Notes: generated by a model not told the origin, from the sequence alone. Shown: positions 46,318 to 58,819, numbered from the stretch's first letter. The stretch: DNA of 64,000 nucleotides from an uncultured Chloroflexia bacterium (GCA_963766735.1 CAVYBU010000007.1:128001-192000); one strand, 5' to 3'. Numbers and translations are program-made.

Positions 46318-48222
46318 TCAGCCCCCCGCCCGGCTCCGCGCCTGGTTCGTGAAGCACTCGAGGATGTCGCCCTCGGCGAGGTCGTTGTACCCGGCGAGCC
46401 CGATGCCGCACTCGAAGTTCGCGGCAACTTCGCGGACGTCGTCCCGGAAGCGGCGCAGCGAGTCCATCTTGTCCGTCGCGACGACCTTGCCGCCTCGCCA
46501 GACGCGGATGCCCCCGGCCCGGACGATGCGGCCGTCGGTGACGTAGCAGCCGGCGATGACCGTGCTCTTGCCCACCTTGAAGATCTGGCGGACCTCGGCA
46601 CGACCCTCGATCACCTCGACGATCTCGGGCTCCAGCATGCCCTTGAGAGCGGCGTCGATATCGTCGGTGAGCTTGTAGATGATGTCGTAGATCCGGACGT
46701 CCACTCCCTGGGATTCCGCCTCGCGACGGGCCGTCTCGGTGACGCCGGTGTTGAACCCGACCACGATCGCATTCGATGCCGTCGCCAGCATGATGTCGTT
46801 GTCGGTGATGTCGCCGGCCGCTTCGAGCAGGACGTTGATCTTGACCTCGTCAGTGCTCAGCTGCTGGAGCGAGTGCGAGATGGCGCCCAGCGAGCCCGAC
46901 ACGTCAGCCTTGAGGATCATCCGCAGTTCCTTGGCCTGGCCGGCCTGGATCTGGCGGTACAGGTCCTCGAGGGTGGCGCGGCTCGACCCGACGCCCGCGG
47001 CGTTGACCTGCTCGATCTTGCGGGCCTCCACCCGGGCACGCGCGGTCTTCTCGTCGGCCACCACGCGCAGCACGTCGCCGGCCTCGGGGACGTCGGACAG
47101 GCCGAGGATGACGACGGCGGACGCGGGGCCTGCCTTGGTCACGCGCTTGCCCAAGGCGTTCTCGAGCGCCTTGACCTTGCCGAACGTGTTGCCGGCCACG
47201 ACGATGTCGCCGACGCGGAGGGTCCCGGTCTGAACGATGAGCGTGGCCACCGGGCCACGACCCTTGTCGAGGCGGGCCTCGATGATGGTGCCGATCGCGG
47301 CGCGCTTCGGGTTCGCCCTGAGCTCCTGGAGGTCGGCAACCAGCAGGATGATCTCCAGCAGCTCCTCGAGGCCCACCCGGGTCTTCGCCGACACGGGGAC
47401 CATCGGGGTGTCGCCGCCGTAGTCCTCGATGAGGACGCCGGCCTCGGCGAGCTCGTTCTTCACGCGATCCGGGTTGCTGTCGGGCTTGTCGATCTTGTTC
47501 ATCGCGATGACCAGCGGGACCTTCGCCGCCTTCGCGTGGCTGATCGCCTCGAGGGTCTGGGGCATGACGCCGTCGTCCGCCGCCACGACGATCACCGCGA
47601 TGTCGGTGACGCGGGCGCCGCGGGCGCGCATGGACGTGAACGCCTCGTGGCCCGGGGTGTCCAGGAAGACGAGACGCTTGCCGTCCTTCGTGGTGACCTC
47701 GGACGCGCCGATGTGCTGGGTGATGCCGCCCCGCTCCCCCGCCGCGACGGTGGTCGAACGCAGGGCATCGAGCAGGCTCGTCTTGCCGTGGTCGACGTGG
47801 CCCATGACGGTCACGATCGGCGCACGCGGGATGAGGTTCTCGTCATCCGCCTCCTCGAACAGGACCTCCTTGGCCGCCTCGGCCGGCACACCGCCCTCGT
47901 CCTCATCCGAATCCGCTTCGGCGTTGGCTTCCGCAACCTGGAACCCAAGCTCCTCGGCAACGAGCGACGCTGTGTCGCGGTCGATCAGCTGGTTGATGGT
48001 CGCGAAGATGCCGCTCTTGATGAGCTCCCGGATGATGTCCGCGGGGCTGACGGCGAGGACCTCGGCAAGGTCCTTGACGGTGATCGTTGCGGGCAGCTCG
48101 ATCGCGCCGCGCTCCGCGGGATCGACGACGGCAACGCCGCCCGGAACAAACGGGCCGCCCGCACGACGCGGGGGCTTGCGCGGACCGCGACGGCCGCGCG
48201 TGCCGCTCCTACTCCTGGCCAT
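46318..48222 (-). CDS. infB: Translation initiation factor IF-2
   Basis: [38 protein letters not shown]. Confidence 0.97.
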   Translation of the reverse strand: MARSRSGTRGRRGPRKPPRRAGGPFVPGGVAVVDPAERGAIELPATITVKDLAEVLAVSPADIIRELIKSGIFATINQLIDRDTASLVAEELGFQVAEANAEADSDEDEGGVPAEAAKEVLFEEADDENLIPRAPIVTVMGHVDHGKTSLLDALRSTTVAAGERGGITQHIGASEVTTKDGKRLVFLDTPGHEAFTSMRARGARVTDIAVIVVAADDGVMPQTLEAISHAKAAKVPLVIAMNKIDKPDSNPDRVKNELAEAGVLIEDYGGDTPMVPVSAKTRVGLEELLEIILLVADLQELRANPKRAAIGTIIEARLDKGRGPVATLIVQTGTLRVGDIVVAGNTFGKVKALENALGKRVTKAGPASAVVILGLSDVPEAGDVLRVVADEKTARARVEARKIEQVNAAGVGSSRATLEDLYRQIQAGQAKELRMILKADVSGSLGAISHSLQQLSTDEVKINVLLEAAGDITDNDIMLATASNAIVVGFNTGVTETARREAESQGVDVRIYDIIYKLTDDIDAALKGMLEPEIVEVIEGRAEVRQIFKVGKSTVIAGCYVTDGRIVRAGGIRVWRGGKVVATDKMDSLRRFRDDVREVAANFECGIGLAGYNDLAEGDILECFTNQARSRAGG

Positions 48223-48586
48223 GGGCTTCTCCTCGGGGCATCGTGTCGGGGTTGGGGGAGGGTCGCGGGCTGTCGGCCCGCGCGGGGGATGTGGTGGTGG
48301 CGGGGGCGTCGGGCCCGGCCGCGAGGATGGCAGCAACGCCCGGCGGCACTGCCGTCTTGAGGGCATGTTCGATGGCTCGCTTGCGGCCCGCGACGTCCCA
48401 GCACGTCGCGTCCCGGCAGAGGTAGGCGCCTCGTCCGGGGGCACGCCCCGAGTGATCCAGTGTCACGGAGCCGTCGGGGGCTCGGACGACCCGAACCAGG
48501 TCCCGCTTGGGGCGCGTGGCACGGCAGGCAACACAACTCCGCTCCGGGAGCCGACGAGGCGGAGCAGGCCGCGTTCCAGCAGCCAC
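48209..48586 (-). CDS. rnpM: YlxR/RnpM family RNA-binding protein
   Basis: [20 protein letters not shown]. Confidence 0.9.
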   Translation of the reverse strand: MAAGTRPAPPRRLPERSCVACRATRPKRDLVRVVRAPDGSVTLDHSGRAPGRGAYLCRDATCWDVAGRKRAIEHALKTAVPPGVAAILAAGPDAPATTTSPARADSPRPSPNPDTMPRGEAHGQE

Positions 48587-48594
48587 GACCGGGC

Positions 48595-49920
48595 CTACGA
48601 CGACACCTCCCCGGATGCCTTCTTGCGCGAACGCTTGGCAGGAACGGTCGCGGTGTCGGCCGCGGGCGGGGCCTGTTCGGCCGGGGCCTCGGCCGGGGTC
48701 GCGGGTGCCGCGTCCAGGGCGGCCATGGCCTCGGGTGCGGCCACGGCGGCAGTCGGCTCGGCGGCGGCAGTCGGCTCGGCGGCGGCAGTCGGCTCGGCGG
48801 CGGCAGTCGGCTCGGCGGCGGCAGTCGGCTCGGCCGAACCTGACACCGGTCCATCAACCTCAAGCGGTGCGGCGTCGGCCTCGACCACCACCGCGTCACT
48901 CCGGATGTCGATGCGCCAGCCGGTCAGCCTGGCCGCAAGGCGCGCGTTCTGGCCCTCACGGCCGATCGCCAGCGACAGCATTCGCTCGGGCACGATGACC
49001 GTCGCGATCCGGTTCTCCTCGTCGATCGTCACCCCGAGAACCTGAGCCGGCGACAACGCATTGGCGACGAACACGGACTGGTCGTCGTTCCAGGGAATGA
49101 CGTCGATCTTCTCGCCCGCCAGCTCCGCCACGACCGCCTGCACCCGCGCGCCGCGCTGGCCCACGGTTGCGCCGACCGGGTCGAGCCCCTCCTGGCGCGA
49201 CGAGACGGCCATCTTCGACCGGCTCCCCGCCTCGCGGGCGATCGCCTTGATCTCCACCGTCCCGGCGTGGATCTCGGGAACCTCCATCTCGAACAGCCGC
49301 CGGAGGAAGCCCTTGTGTGTCCGCGACACCATGATCTGCGGCCCGCGGGCGGATCTGCGCACCTCGAGGACGAACGCCTTGATGGGCTGGCCGATCCGGT
49401 AGTGCTCGAGCGGGCTCTGCTCGGTGGTCGCCAGCACCGCCTCGACGCCCTTGCCCACGTCCAGGATGATGGCCCGCGGCTCCACCCGGCTCACGGACCC
49501 GGTGATCAGCTCGCCTTCACGGCTCGCGAACTGGTCGAACACCTGATCGCGCTCGACCTCCCGCATCCGCTGAAGGATGATCTGCTTCGCGGTCTGGGCT
49601 CCGATGCGGCCGAAGTGGTCCGCGTCAAGCTGCTCCAGCTCGAGGACCTCGCCAGCACGCGCGTCAGGGCGCGTTTCCCGGGCTTCGTCCACCGTCACCT
49701 GGACGGAGGGATCCTCGACCTCGTCCACGACGTAGCGCCCGCGGACCACGCGGATCTCACCGCTTGCGGGTTCGATGTGGACGAAGATGTCCTCCTCACC
49801 GGCGACGCGCCGGTAGGCGGCCTGGATCCCCTCCTCGACGGCGCGGATCAGCGCCTCCTGGGGAACCTGCTTCTCGGCGTTGAGCTGAAGGAGCGCACCG
49901 ACGAAGTCGCGACTCATCAT
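48595..49920 (-). CDS. nusA: Transcription termination/antitermination factor NusA
   Basis: [53 protein letters not shown]. Confidence 0.97.
   Translation of the reverse strand: MMSRDFVGALLQLNAEKQVPQEALIRAVEEGIQAAYRRVAGEEDIFVHIEPASGEIRVVRGRYVVDEVEDPSVQVTVDEARETRPDARAGEVLELEQLDADHFGRIGAQTAKQIILQRMREVERDQVFDQFASREGELITGSVSRVEPRAIILDVGKGVEAVLATTEQSPLEHYRIGQPIKAFVLEVRRSARGPQIMVSRTHKGFLRRLFEMEVPEIHAGTVEIKAIAREAGSRSKMAVSSRQEGLDPVGATVGQRGARVQAVVAELAGEKIDVIPWNDDQSVFVANALSPAQVLGVTIDEENRIATVIVPERMLSLAIGREGQNARLAARLTGWRIDIRSDAVVVEADAAPLEVDGPVSGSAEPTAAAEPTAAAEPTAAAEPTAAAEPTAAVAAPEAMAALDAAPATPAEAPAEQAPPAADTATVPAKRSRKKASGEVSS
48745..48834. repeat. 18-bp tandem repeat x5 in the nusA 3' end
   Basis: GGCGGCAGTCGGCTCGGC, five perfect copies; encodes AEPTAA. 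Confidence 0.95.
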
Positions 49921-49963
49921 GCGCCTCCCTGCTGTATGGCCGATCTTGCGACACGCCCCCGAC

Positions 49964-49992
49964 ACAAAGAAACGTGGGTTGGTCACCCACGC
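49964..49992 (-). promoter_or_regulatory. rimP/nusA-operon leader hairpin (attenuator-like)
   Basis: CGTGGG-TGACCAA-CCCACG followed by TTTCTTT; TATACT -10 at 50022-50027. Confidence 0.7.
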
Positions 49993-50072
49993 TCGGAGGC
50001 GGCCTCTCGCAATTGGGCGCGAGTATACACCCGGCCCCGTGGACCGCCACCAAAGTGGCCCGTCCGGCGACC

Positions 50073-51320
50073 CTATGCGCGCTCGGCCCTGGCCCCGTAC
50101 CGCCGGTCCACGTAACCCTCGAGGAGGTCGATGAACTCGGCCACGATGTGATCGCCGCGGAGGGTCCGGTCGAGCTTCCCATCCACGAACACGGGGGCGA
50201 CCGGAGCCTCGAACGTGCCCGGGAGGCTGATCCCGATGTCCGCGTGCTTGCTCTCGCCGGGCCCGTTGACCACGCAGCCCATCACCGCGACGCTCATGTC
50301 CTCGACGCCTGCGTGGGTCTCGCTCCACTCGGGCATCCGGGCCTTGATGTGGTTGGTGATGTCCTGGGCCATCTCCTGGAAGAAGGTGGACGTCGTGCGG
50401 CCGCAACCAGGACAGGCTGACACCTGGGGCAGGAAGGAGCGCAGGCCCATCGACTGGAGCACCTGCTGCGCGACCTCCACCTCAAGCTCGCGACCGGCGC
50501 CGGGCTCCGGCGTCAGAGAGACGCGGATCGTGTCCCCGATCCCCTCGTTGAGCAGGATCGCGAGGCCGGCGGTGCTCGCCACGATGCCCTTCATGCCCAT
50601 CCCGGCCTCGGTGAGACCCAGGTGGAGGGGGTAGTCGGAGCGCGGCGCGAGGCGCCGGTACGTGTCGACGAGGTCCCGGACTCCGGAGACCTTGGCCGAC
50701 AGGATGATCCGATCGTGCCGCAGGCCGGTCTCCTCGGCGAGCTCGGCGGAGCGCATCGCCGACTCGATCATCGCGTCGATCATCACGTCGCGGGCGTCCC
50801 GGGGGGAGGCCGCGCCGGCATTGGCCTCCATCAGGTCGGTGAGCAGCTGCTGGTCCAGCGAGCCCCAGTTCACCCCGATGCGGACCGGCTTGTCATGCTC
50901 GACCGCCGCCCGGACGATCGTCTGGAAGTTCTCGTCGTGACGCTTCGTCCCGACGTTGCCAGGATTGATCCGGTACTTCGCGAGCGCGGCCGCCATCGCC
51001 GGGTAGTGCGCCAGCAGCAGGTGTCCGTTGTAGTGGAAGTCCCCGATGACGGGGACGTCCACCCCGAGGTTGTCGCGGACCATGCGGATCATGTCCGGGA
51101 CGGCTGCCGCAGCCTCCTCGGTATTGACCGTCACGCGCACCATCTGGGAGCCCGCGTGGGCGAGCCGGGCCACCTGGATGGCCGTGCCGTCCGGGTCCGC
51201 CGTGTCCGTGTTGGTCATGGACTGGACGACCACCGGGTGGGCGGACCCGACCAGGACACCGCCGACGTCCACCGACACGGTCGGCCTCCGGACGGGCCGC
51301 AGCGCGTCCGGAGAGGTCAT
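50073..51320 (-). CDS. ispG: (E)-4-hydroxy-3-methylbut-2-enyl-diphosphate synthase
   Basis: [47 protein letters not shown]. Confidence 0.96.
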   Translation of the reverse strand: MTSPDALRPVRRPTVSVDVGGVLVGSAHPVVVQSMTNTDTADPDGTAIQVARLAHAGSQMVRVTVNTEEAAAAVPDMIRMVRDNLGVDVPVIGDFHYNGHLLLAHYPAMAAALAKYRINPGNVGTKRHDENFQTIVRAAVEHDKPVRIGVNWGSLDQQLLTDLMEANAGAASPRDARDVMIDAMIESAMRSAELAEETGLRHDRIILSAKVSGVRDLVDTYRRLAPRSDYPLHLGLTEAGMGMKGIVASTAGLAILLNEGIGDTIRVSLTPEPGAGRELEVEVAQQVLQSMGLRSFLPQVSACPGCGRTTSTFFQEMAQDITNHIKARMPEWSETHAGVEDMSVAVMGCVVNGPGESKHADIGISLPGTFEAPVAPVFVDGKLDRTLRGDHIVAEFIDLLEGYVDRRYGARAERA

Positions 51321-52525
51321 GGGGTGCCGCCTCCGACCTGCCGGATCACATCGAACACCGTGATCCAGATCAGGAATGCGAACAGGAACACGAACCCCAC
51401 CGCGTACGTCAGCTGCTCCGCCCGGAGCGAGATCCGGTTGCCGCCGGGCAGCGCTTTGAGCACCAGCATCAGCATCCGGCCCCCGTCGAGCGGCGGGAAC
51501 GGCAGAGCGTTCACCAGGGCGAGGTTCGCGGACAGGATCCCGATCAAGTAGAAGAGGTACAGCGGACCGAGGTCCGCGAGGACGCTCGAGAGCTGGCCCG
51601 CGATGCCCACCGGGCCGGATGCCGGGGGGGCCGAGGTCGGGTCCGTGACGATCGATCTGCCGATCTTGCCCAGCCCGTCCAGGATCATGCCGAAGGCTTG
51701 GGCTGTCCGCTCCGCGCCAACGGCGACCGCGTCGCCGAGCCCGTACCTGATGTCCTCCAGCTGTGTGCCCGCCAGCCCGCCGACGCCGAGCGCACCCTCG
51801 TCGGGTGACGCCGGGATCCGGAGAGTGACGGTGACCTCCTCGGACGACCCATCCGCGTGGAGGATCCCCAGCACGACCGTCTGGCCGGCAAGGGCCCGCA
51901 GATCGTCGGTCGGGAACTGCTGATCGAAGACCGAGTACCGCACTCCGTTGATGCTGGTGAGGGTGTCGCCCGCCTGGAGCCCGGCGCCCTCGGCCGGCGA
52001 GCCGACCACGATCTCCGAGAAGGTCACGCCCAGGGCGGGCTCGCCGACCAGCGCGATCCCCGTGAAGATCACGAACGAGACCAGGAGGTTCATCGCCACG
52101 CCGGCGACGAGGATCACCAGCTTCGTCGAGAGCCTCGCCCGCCCGAAGGATCGGGGGTCGCCACTGTCGCCGCCGTTCTCGTCCTCGAGCTTGACGAAGC
52201 CGCCGATCGGCAGCCAGTTGAGGGTGTACAGCGTGCCGGGGGGGTCCTCCGGCGATTCGAGGATCGCCTCGAGCCGCTCCGGATCGCCCTGTGCCTGCCC
52301 GATGGCGTCGGCTCGCCGCAACCGGTACGACTCCGTGTCCTCCGCCGAGACCCCGCCCCGGCCGAGGGACTTCGCGCGCGGGGGAAACCCGATCCCGAAC
52401 TCCAGGACCCTCACCCTGGCGAGTCTCGCGGTGACGAAGTGGCCGAGCTCGTGGACGAGGACGAGACCACCCAGGACGAGGATGAACAGCACGACGCTGA
52501 CGGCAACGTCGAACAGGGCGCTCAT
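51317..52525 (-). CDS. rseP: M50 site-2 protease RseP with PDZ domain
   Basis: [35 protein letters not shown]. Confidence 0.93.
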   Translation of the reverse strand: MSALFDVAVSVVLFILVLGGLVLVHELGHFVTARLARVRVLEFGIGFPPRAKSLGRGGVSAEDTESYRLRRADAIGQAQGDPERLEAILESPEDPPGTLYTLNWLPIGGFVKLEDENGGDSGDPRSFGRARLSTKLVILVAGVAMNLLVSFVIFTGIALVGEPALGVTFSEIVVGSPAEGAGLQAGDTLTSINGVRYSVFDQQFPTDDLRALAGQTVVLGILHADGSSEEVTVTLRIPASPDEGALGVGGLAGTQLEDIRYGLGDAVAVGAERTAQAFGMILDGLGKIGRSIVTDPTSAPPASGPVGIAGQLSSVLADLGPLYLFYLIGILSANLALVNALPFPPLDGGRMLMLVLKALPGGNRISLRAEQLTYAVGFVFLFAFLIWITVFDVIRQVGGGTP

Positions 52526-53730
52526 CCCCTCACCGGGCCGGTCGCGAAGGCGGCGCGCACCTCGTGGTCGAGCGCGACGAGTGCCGTCACGTCCGGCACC
52601 TGGTCGGGGCCCTCGCCGTAGCGGCGCACGGCCGCCTCCAGCAGCAGTGGGATGCCGGGAAAGTCGAGCGTTCCGTCCAGGAAGCGGGACACGGCCACTT
52701 CGTCGGCGGCGATCAGCGCGGCCGAAGCACGGCTGCCAACCCGGCCGGCGTCACGGGCGATCCGCAGCGCCGGAAAGCGGGTCTCGTCGGGAGCGCGGAA
52801 GTCGAGCCTGCCCACCGCGACGAGGTCCGGGGCAGGCGTCGGGGACGCGAGACGTTCCGGGTGGGTCAGGGCGTACTGAATCGGGAGACGCATGTCGGGG
52901 GTACCCAGCTGTGCCTTCAGCGAGCCGTCGATGAACTGGACGGCGGAGTGCACCACGCTCTGCGGGTGCACGACGACGTCGATGGCGTCGTAGTCGACAT
53001 CGTACAGCCAGTGCGCTTCGATGACCTCCAGGCCCTTGTTGGCGAGGGTCGCGGAGTCGATGGTGATCTTGGCGCCCATGGTCCAGGTCGGGTGCCTCAG
53101 GGCCTGGGCGGCGGTGACGTCCGCCAGCTGGTCCGACGGGCTGTCGAGAAACGGCCCGCCGGAGGCAGTGAGCACCAGGCGCGCGATCCCTGCTCGCGGT
53201 TCACCGACCAGGCACTGCCAGATTGCCGAATGCTCGGAGTCGATGGGTCGGAGCCAGGCGAGAGGCGTCGCCAGGGGATCCCGGGGATCCAGGGCGGCGC
53301 GCTCCGCCGCCAGGCGCGAGGCCTCGGCCATCACCAGGTGGCCGCCGGCGACCAGCGTCTCCTTGTTCGCGGTCGCGACGACCTTGCCGGCTCGCAGGGC
53401 CGCCAGCACCGGCCGCAACGACACGATGCCGCCCGACCCGATCACGACGATGTCCACGTCGTCCCGCGTCGCGAGGACCTCCAGGGCGTCGTCGCCGCGC
53501 TCGCGCAACGTGCCGGACGGGAGGTCGAGCCCGGTCTGCTCGTCGGCCAACGCGACAGCAGCCGGTCGCAGCCGGGCCGCCTGCACCTCGAGCTCCGCGG
53601 CATTCCGTCCCGTCGCCAATGCGACGACACGGAACCGATCCGCGTGCTGCTCCAGCACCTCCACCGACTGCCGCCCGATGCTCCCCGTCGAACCGAGCAG
53701 CGCGACGCCGATGCGTTCCCCGTCAGCCAA
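52522..53730 (-). CDS. dxr: 1-deoxy-D-xylulose-5-phosphate reductoisomerase
   Basis: [43 protein letters not shown]. Confidence 0.96.
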   Translation of the reverse strand: MADGERIGVALLGSTGSIGRQSVEVLEQHADRFRVVALATGRNAAELEVQAARLRPAAVALADEQTGLDLPSGTLRERGDDALEVLATRDDVDIVVIGSGGIVSLRPVLAALRAGKVVATANKETLVAGGHLVMAEASRLAAERAALDPRDPLATPLAWLRPIDSEHSAIWQCLVGEPRAGIARLVLTASGGPFLDSPSDQLADVTAAQALRHPTWTMGAKITIDSATLANKGLEVIEAHWLYDVDYDAIDVVVHPQSVVHSAVQFIDGSLKAQLGTPDMRLPIQYALTHPERLASPTPAPDLVAVGRLDFRAPDETRFPALRIARDAGRVGSRASAALIAADEVAVSRFLDGTLDFPGIPLLLEAAVRRYGEGPDQVPDVTALVALDHEVRAAFATGPVRG

Positions 53731-54550
53731 CGAGCACCAGGACGTACAGCGCGACCACGGGTCCGGCGAACAGGAAGGAGTCGATGCGGTCCAGGATGCC
53801 GCCGTGGCCCGGGATCAGCGTCCCCGAGTCCTTGGCCCCGGCTGCCCGCTTGATCATCGACTCCGCGAGATCACCCATCTGGGCTGCCAGGCCCAGGAGC
53901 GGCCCCAGGATGAGACCGCCAAACCACGCCTGCCCGAGGGCGGCCAGCATCAGGCAGGTCACGATCGTGGTGGCCACCAGCCCACCCACCAGGCCCTCCA
54001 CGGACTTGGCGGGCGAGATGTGGGTCATGAACTTGTGGCGCCCGATCTGGCTCCCGACGAGGTACGCACCGGTGTCGTAGCTCCAGACACCAAGCACGAG
54101 CAGCACGATCCAGCCTTGGGCGGAACTGAGAGCGGCGAACGGTGCGCCGGCCGGGATCGCGGGGCCCATGTTGGCCACGTGGAGCACGAACGCGATGAGC
54201 CCGACGTAGATGGCGCCGAATACAGTGGCGAACCAGGCGACCAGCCCGTCACGCGGGTCCTCCCGGCCCATCGCCCCGATGCCGGCGAGCACGACACCCA
54301 CACCGACCAGCAGGATGCCCTTCTCGCCGAGCGGGTGGAAGGCGGCCTCAAGGACGATGGCCATCGCGAGCGCCGTGCCGTACAGGGCCAGCGACGGGTA
54401 GCCCGCGGCCTTGAGCAGCCGGAACGCCTCCAGCCCGCCGAGCAGCGCCACGAGGACGAGGAGGGCGGCGATCGCAGGCAGGCCGATGATCAGCGGCACG
54501 ACGAGGACCGGCACCATGATGATCGCCGAGAGAGCTCGGGTTCTGAGCAC
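53723..54550 (-). CDS. cdsA: Phosphatidate cytidylyltransferase
   Basis: DTGAY, ISPAKSVEG, GDLAESMIKR, KDSG.LIPGHGGILDRIDS. Confidence 0.95.
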   Translation of the reverse strand: MLRTRALSAIIMVPVLVVPLIIGLPAIAALLVLVALLGGLEAFRLLKAAGYPSLALYGTALAMAIVLEAAFHPLGEKGILLVGVGVVLAGIGAMGREDPRDGLVAWFATVFGAIYVGLIAFVLHVANMGPAIPAGAPFAALSSAQGWIVLLVLGVWSYDTGAYLVGSQIGRHKFMTHISPAKSVEGLVGGLVATTIVTCLMLAALGQAWFGGLILGPLLGLAAQMGDLAESMIKRAAGAKDSGTLIPGHGGILDRIDSFLFAGPVVALYVLVLVG

Positions 54551-54559
54551 CGGGCAGCC

Positions 54560-55375
54560 CTAGCGCCCGAACCGGCGCGTGCGCCGGGCGAACTCGAGGA
54601 GCGCGGCATCGAACGCGTCGGGTCCAAAGTCCGGCCACAGGCGCTCGCTGAACACCAGCTCCGCGTAGGCCGACTGCCAGATGAGGAAGTTGCTGATCCG
54701 CTGCTCGTCACCCGTCCGGATCACCATGTCCGGATCGGGAAGGCCGCTCGTGTAGAGGGCGTCGGAGATGGCGCGCTCGTCAACCTCCTCCGGCGGTACC
54801 CCGGCGGCCATGATCCGGCGGAAGGCATCCACCAGCTCCGTCCGGCCGGCGTAGTTCCAGGCAATGTTGAGGTTGAGTCGCGTTCCCTCGGCCGTCCTGT
54901 CGAGCGCACCCTCGATCAGGGAACGGGTCTCGTCGGGGAGCTCGCCCAGGCGGCCGAGCAGGCGCACCCGCACGCCCTGTGAGCGGAGCTCGTCGGTCTC
55001 GTCCGCAATCGCCCTGCCCAGGAGGTCGAACAGGCCCGTGACCTCGTCGTCGGAGCGAGCCCAGTTCTCGCGGCTGAACGCATACAGCGTCAGCATCGGG
55101 ACGCCCCGGCGCACCGCATGCTGGAGGATCCCGCGGATCGCCTCCACGCCGGCGGCATGGCCCTCGAAGTCGGTGAGGCCCTTCGCCCGGGCCCAGCGCC
55201 GGTTGCCATCCATGATGATCGCGACGTGCCGGGGCAGGTCCTCCGGCGGCAGGAGCGGCGCCTCCGCGGCAGGCGCGTCGAGGTCCGGCACCCCGATCTC
55301 ACCCACGGGTTCGTGCGCGAGGGGTGGGGCGTCGGTCGGTCGAGCGAACGGACGATCGAGCGGCGCCTGAGCCAC
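54560..55375 (-). CDS. uppS: Undecaprenyl/polyprenyl diphosphate synthase
   Basis: HVAIIMDGNRRWA, YAFSRENW, IRT...RISNFLIWQ. Confidence 0.95.
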   Translation of the reverse strand: MAQAPLDRPFARPTDAPPLAHEPVGEIGVPDLDAPAAEAPLLPPEDLPRHVAIIMDGNRRWARAKGLTDFEGHAAGVEAIRGILQHAVRRGVPMLTLYAFSRENWARSDDEVTGLFDLLGRAIADETDELRSQGVRVRLLGRLGELPDETRSLIEGALDRTAEGTRLNLNIAWNYAGRTELVDAFRRIMAAGVPPEEVDERAISDALYTSGLPDPDMVIRTGDEQRISNFLIWQSAYAELVFSERLWPDFGPDAFDAALLEFARRTRRFGR

Positions 55376-55932
55376 TAGACCTCGAGGACCTCCTGCTCCT
55401 TGACGGCGCCGAGCCGGTCGACGTCCGCGATGATGCGGTCGGTGATCTTCTGGAGCTGATCGAGCGCACGGTGCGCGTCGTCGGCACCGACGGTGCCGTC
55501 ACGCTCCTCCTTCTTGAGGTGGTCGGCGGCATCGCGTCGGAGATTGCGGATCTCGACCCTCGCCTCCTCCATCCGCTTGTGGACGCTCTTGACGATGTCC
55601 TTGCGACGCTCCTCGGTGAGCGGCGGGATGTTGAGGCGGACGACGGTGCCGTCCACGTTGGGCATCAGCCCGATGTCGCTCTTGAGGATCGTCTTCTCGA
55701 TGGCCCCGAGGACCGATCGATCCCATGGCTGGATGACGATCTGGTGTGCCTCCGGGACACTGATGGAGGCGACCTGGTTGAGCGGCGTCTGGGTGCCGTA
55801 GTAATCAACGGTCAGGCGCTCCACCAGCGCCGTCGAGGCGCGCCCTGTGCGGATGCCATGGAAGTCACGTTCCATGACCTCCACGGCCCGGAGCATCTTC
55901 CGTTCTGCTCCGGCAAGGATCTCGCTGGTCAT
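55375..55932 (-). CDS. frr: Ribosome recycling factor
   Basis: [32 protein letters not shown]. Confidence 0.97.
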   Translation of the reverse strand: MTSEILAGAERKMLRAVEVMERDFHGIRTGRASTALVERLTVDYYGTQTPLNQVASISVPEAHQIVIQPWDRSVLGAIEKTILKSDIGLMPNVDGTVVRLNIPPLTEERRKDIVKSVHKRMEEARVEIRNLRRDAADHLKKEERDGTVGADDAHRALDQLQKITDRIIADVDRLGAVKEQEVLEV

Positions 55933-56723
55933 GCCGTGACACCTCCGGTCTGGGCGGAGATAAGGGTGCCGACACGGTCCCCGCGGGCCACCCTCGTGAT
56001 GTTATCCGGGGCATTGAGATCGAAAACGACGATCGGCAGGTCGTTCTCGAGACACAGCGACACCGCGGCTGCGTCCAGCACCTTGAGCTGGTCGCGCAGG
56101 AGGTCCTGGTAGCCCAGGCGCTCGTAGCGGGTCGCCGACGGGTCCTTCATCGGATCCGCATCATAGACACCATCCACCCTCGTCGCCTTGAGCAGCACCT
56201 CGGCGCCGATCTCGACTGCCCGCAGGGCGGCGGCCGTATCGGTGGTGAAGTACGGGTTGCCGGTCCCGGCGACGAAGATCGTCACCCGGCCCTTCTCGAG
56301 GTGGCGGACCGCCCGCCGTCGAATGTACGGCTCCGCGATCTCGTTCATCGCGATGGCGCTCATGACGCGGACGGGCATGCCCGCACGTTCGATCGCGTCC
56401 TGCAGGGCGAGGCCGTTCATCACGGTCGCCAGCATGCCGATGTAGTCGCCCGTGGCCCGGTCCATGCCCTTGGCAGACGCTGCGAGCCCTCGGAAGATGT
56501 TGCCGCCCCCCACGACGATCCCGATCTCCACGCCCTGGGCGTGCACCTCGGCAATCTGGTGGGCGATAAACGCGCAGAACCCGGGGTCCACGCCGTACTG
56601 GCGCTCCCCGAGCAGCGCTTCGCCGGACAGCTTGAGCAGGATCCGGCGGTAGCGGAGCCGGCCGTCGGCGGGGACCGCAACCGGCCCCTCGCCCTCAACC
56701 GTCCCGCGGCCGGGCACCGTCAC
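55929..56723 (-). CDS. pyrH: UMP kinase
   Basis: [32 protein letters not shown]. Confidence 0.96.
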   Translation of the reverse strand: MTVPGRGTVEGEGPVAVPADGRLRYRRILLKLSGEALLGERQYGVDPGFCAFIAHQIAEVHAQGVEIGIVVGGGNIFRGLAASAKGMDRATGDYIGMLATVMNGLALQDAIERAGMPVRVMSAIAMNEIAEPYIRRRAVRHLEKGRVTIFVAGTGNPYFTTDTAAALRAVEIGAEVLLKATRVDGVYDADPMKDPSATRYERLGYQDLLRDQLKVLDAAAVSLCLENDLPIVVFDLNAPDNITRVARGDRVGTLISAQTGGVTA

Positions 56724-57316
56724 AGCTCCTCCCCGAGCGCGAAGCGCACGAACCGGCGAACACGGATGTTCTCGCCGATCGTGGCGATCTTCTCCGTCAC
56801 GAGAGCCCGGACGGTCCGATCCTCGTCGCGGAACGGCTGCTCCAGCAGGCAGACCTCGCGGTACCACTTCTGCATCTGTCCATCGACGATCTTCTCGCGG
56901 ATGGCCTCCGGCTTTGCCTGCACGCCCTCGTCGGCAAGCAGGGCAGCCTTCCTTGCCTCGACGGCATCGGCCGGGATCCCGTCGATGTCGACGTAGATGG
57001 GCGCGAGCCCGGCAACCTGCATCGCGAGGTCTCGGACGAGCTTCTGGAACTCGTCCGTGCGCGCGACGAAGTCCGTCTCGCAGTTGACCTCGATCAGGAC
57101 ACCGACGCGACCGCCTGTGTGGATGTAGCTGCTGACGAGGCCCTCGCGAGCGTCACGCCCCGCCTTCTTGGCGGCTGCGGCGAGGCCTGCCTCGCGCAAC
57201 CGCGCGACTGCCTCGTCCATGTTGCCACCGGTCTCCTCGAGCGCTCGCTTGCAGTCCATGAAGCCGGCGCCGGTTCGCTCGCGCAGCTCCTTGACGGCCT
57301 CGGCCGTGATCGCCAT
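56720..57316 (-). CDS. tsf: Elongation factor Ts (short form)
   Basis: [35 protein letters not shown]. Confidence 0.97.
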   Translation of the reverse strand: MAITAEAVKELRERTGAGFMDCKRALEETGGNMDEAVARLREAGLAAAAKKAGRDAREGLVSSYIHTGGRVGVLIEVNCETDFVARTDEFQKLVRDLAMQVAGLAPIYVDIDGIPADAVEARKAALLADEGVQAKPEAIREKIVDGQMQKWYREVCLLEQPFRDEDRTVRALVTEKIATIGENIRVRRFVRFALGEEL

Positions 57317-57451
57317 CGACGTGATGCTCCTGTGATCCTTGGGCGCGGGCTCAGGGCGCGCGCGGGATGATGCGAGGGGCCGGCGCCGCCCCGTGCGGCC
57401 GCCGCCCGATGGAGCCCGGTTCCGCAGCGTCGCCGCGATCCCGAGCGGGTC

Positions 57452-58597
57452 TCATTCGGCTGCCGGGGTTTTCGGTTCCTCGGCGGCGGGGATCTCGGCT
57501 GCCGGGGTTTTCGGTGCCGGGGTCTTGGCTGCCGCGGCGGCGGTGTCTCGGCGGGGGTCTCGACTGCCGGGGTCTTGGCTGCCGGGGTTTTCGGTTCCTC
57601 GGCGGCGGGGATCTCGGCTGCCGGGGTTTTCGGTGCCGGGGTCTTGGTGCCGCGGCGGCGGTGTCTCGGCGGGGGTCTCGACTGCCGGGGTCTTCGGTTC
57701 CTCGGCGGCGGGGATCTCGGCTGCCGGGGTCTCGACTGCCTCGGCCGCCGTTGGCGCGCCGGGGAGGAGGTCGTCGTCCATGTCCGGGTTGAACGAGAGC
57801 GTGCCTCCGGCCGCAAGCTGGGCAACCAGGTCGGCTGCTGCGGCTTCGTCGAACGCCGGCTCGTCGGCCATCTGCGGCTCGGGGGCCTCCTGCTCGGACG
57901 AGGCGTGCGCCGCCCGCTGGCGCGCACCCTCGATGGCAGCGTCCGCCACGAGCTGGCAGAGCAGACGGATCGAGCGGATCGCGTCGTCGTTGGCCGGGAT
58001 GATGTAGGCGAGCTCGTCCGGGTCCACGTTGGTGTCGCCGGTGCCGACGACCGGGATCTCGAGCTTGTTCGCCTCCGTGACAGCGATGCGCTCGCGGTGC
58101 GGGTCAACGATGAAGATGGCGCCTGGCTGGCGCTTCATCTTGCGGATCCCGCCGAGCGTGGCCTCCAGCTTGTTCAGGGTCTCCGTCAGGCCAGCGGCCT
58201 CCTTCTTCGGGAGGCGGTCGAAGTCGCCGGCGAGCTGGCGGGCCTCGAGCTGGTCGAGCAGGCCGATGCGCTTCCGGATGGTGATGAAGTTGGTCATCAT
58301 GCCACCGAGCCAGCGCTTCGTGACGTACGGCTGGCCGGCGCGGATCGCCTCCTGCATGACCGGCTCCTGCGCCTGCTTCTTGGTGCCGACGAACAGGACG
58401 GTCTCGCCGCGGGCGACGGTCTCGGTGACGAACTCGAGCGCCAGGTCAAGGCGCTTGACAGTCTGCGCCAGGTCGATGATGTGGATACCGTTGCGCTCCG
58501 CGAAGATGAACGGCTTCATCTTGGGGTTCCAGCGGCGAGTCTGGTGTCCGAAGTGGACGCCGGCCTCAAGCAACTGGCGCATCGATGCGGTGGGCAC
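57452..58597 (-). CDS. rpsB: 30S ribosomal protein S2 with long repetitive C-terminal tail
   Basis: [34 protein letters not shown]; AGGAGGT RBS and GTG. Confidence 0.96.
   Translation of the reverse strand: MPTASMRQLLEAGVHFGHQTRRWNPKMKPFIFAERNGIHIIDLAQTVKRLDLALEFVTETVARGETVLFVGTKKQAQEPVMQEAIRAGQPYVTKRWLGGMMTNFITIRKRIGLLDQLEARQLAGDFDRLPKKEAAGLTETLNKLEATLGGIRKMKRQPGAIFIVDPHRERIAVTEANKLEIPVVGTGDTNVDPDELAYIIPANDDAIRSIRLLCQLVADAAIEGARQRAAHASSEQEAPEPQMADEPAFDEAAAADLVAQLAAGGTLSFNPDMDDDLLPGAPTAAEAVETPAAEIPAAEEPKTPAVETPAETPPPRHQDPGTENPGSRDPRRRGTENPGSQDPGSRDPRRDTAAAAAKTPAPKTPAAEIPAAEEPKTPAAE
57458..57694. repeat. Tandem duplication (119 + 118 bp) built from 15-bp subrepeats in the rpsB tail
   Basis: 57458-57576 and 57577-57694 differ by a single-base indel. 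Confidence 0.85.
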
Positions 58598-58609
58598 GCG
58601 TGACCTCCT

Positions 58610-58712
58610 GCGGTTCTTTGCCTCCGCGGATCCCCGTCGGGGGCCGCCGGCGTGGCCACCTGGCGCTGCCGGTACGGCACCGTCCCGATCGGGCACGGAT
58701 CCGCGTGTGTGC
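58610..58712 (-). promoter_or_regulatory. Ribosomal protein S2 leader (autogenous operator)
   Basis: CACACACG...GGTGCC...GGGATCCGCGGAGGCA...AACC matches the rpsB leader pattern as I recall it; extended -10 TGTGCTACACT at ~58775-58785. Confidence 0.75.
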
Positions 58713-58819
58713 TCCGTGCCGGCGGTGCCGGACGGGCGTTGACGAACGCCGCGACCCGGGTCACGGCGGGCGGGAGTGTAGCACAGGGGCTGCATGGCCC
58801 CGACGGGAGCGACCCCGAT

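Noticed and set aside
48745-48834. Regular repeats here, at 28158-28376 and at 57458-57694 considered as CRISPR arrays
   Set aside because: Head-to-tail repeats with no unique spacers, inside coding sequence, and no cas genes.
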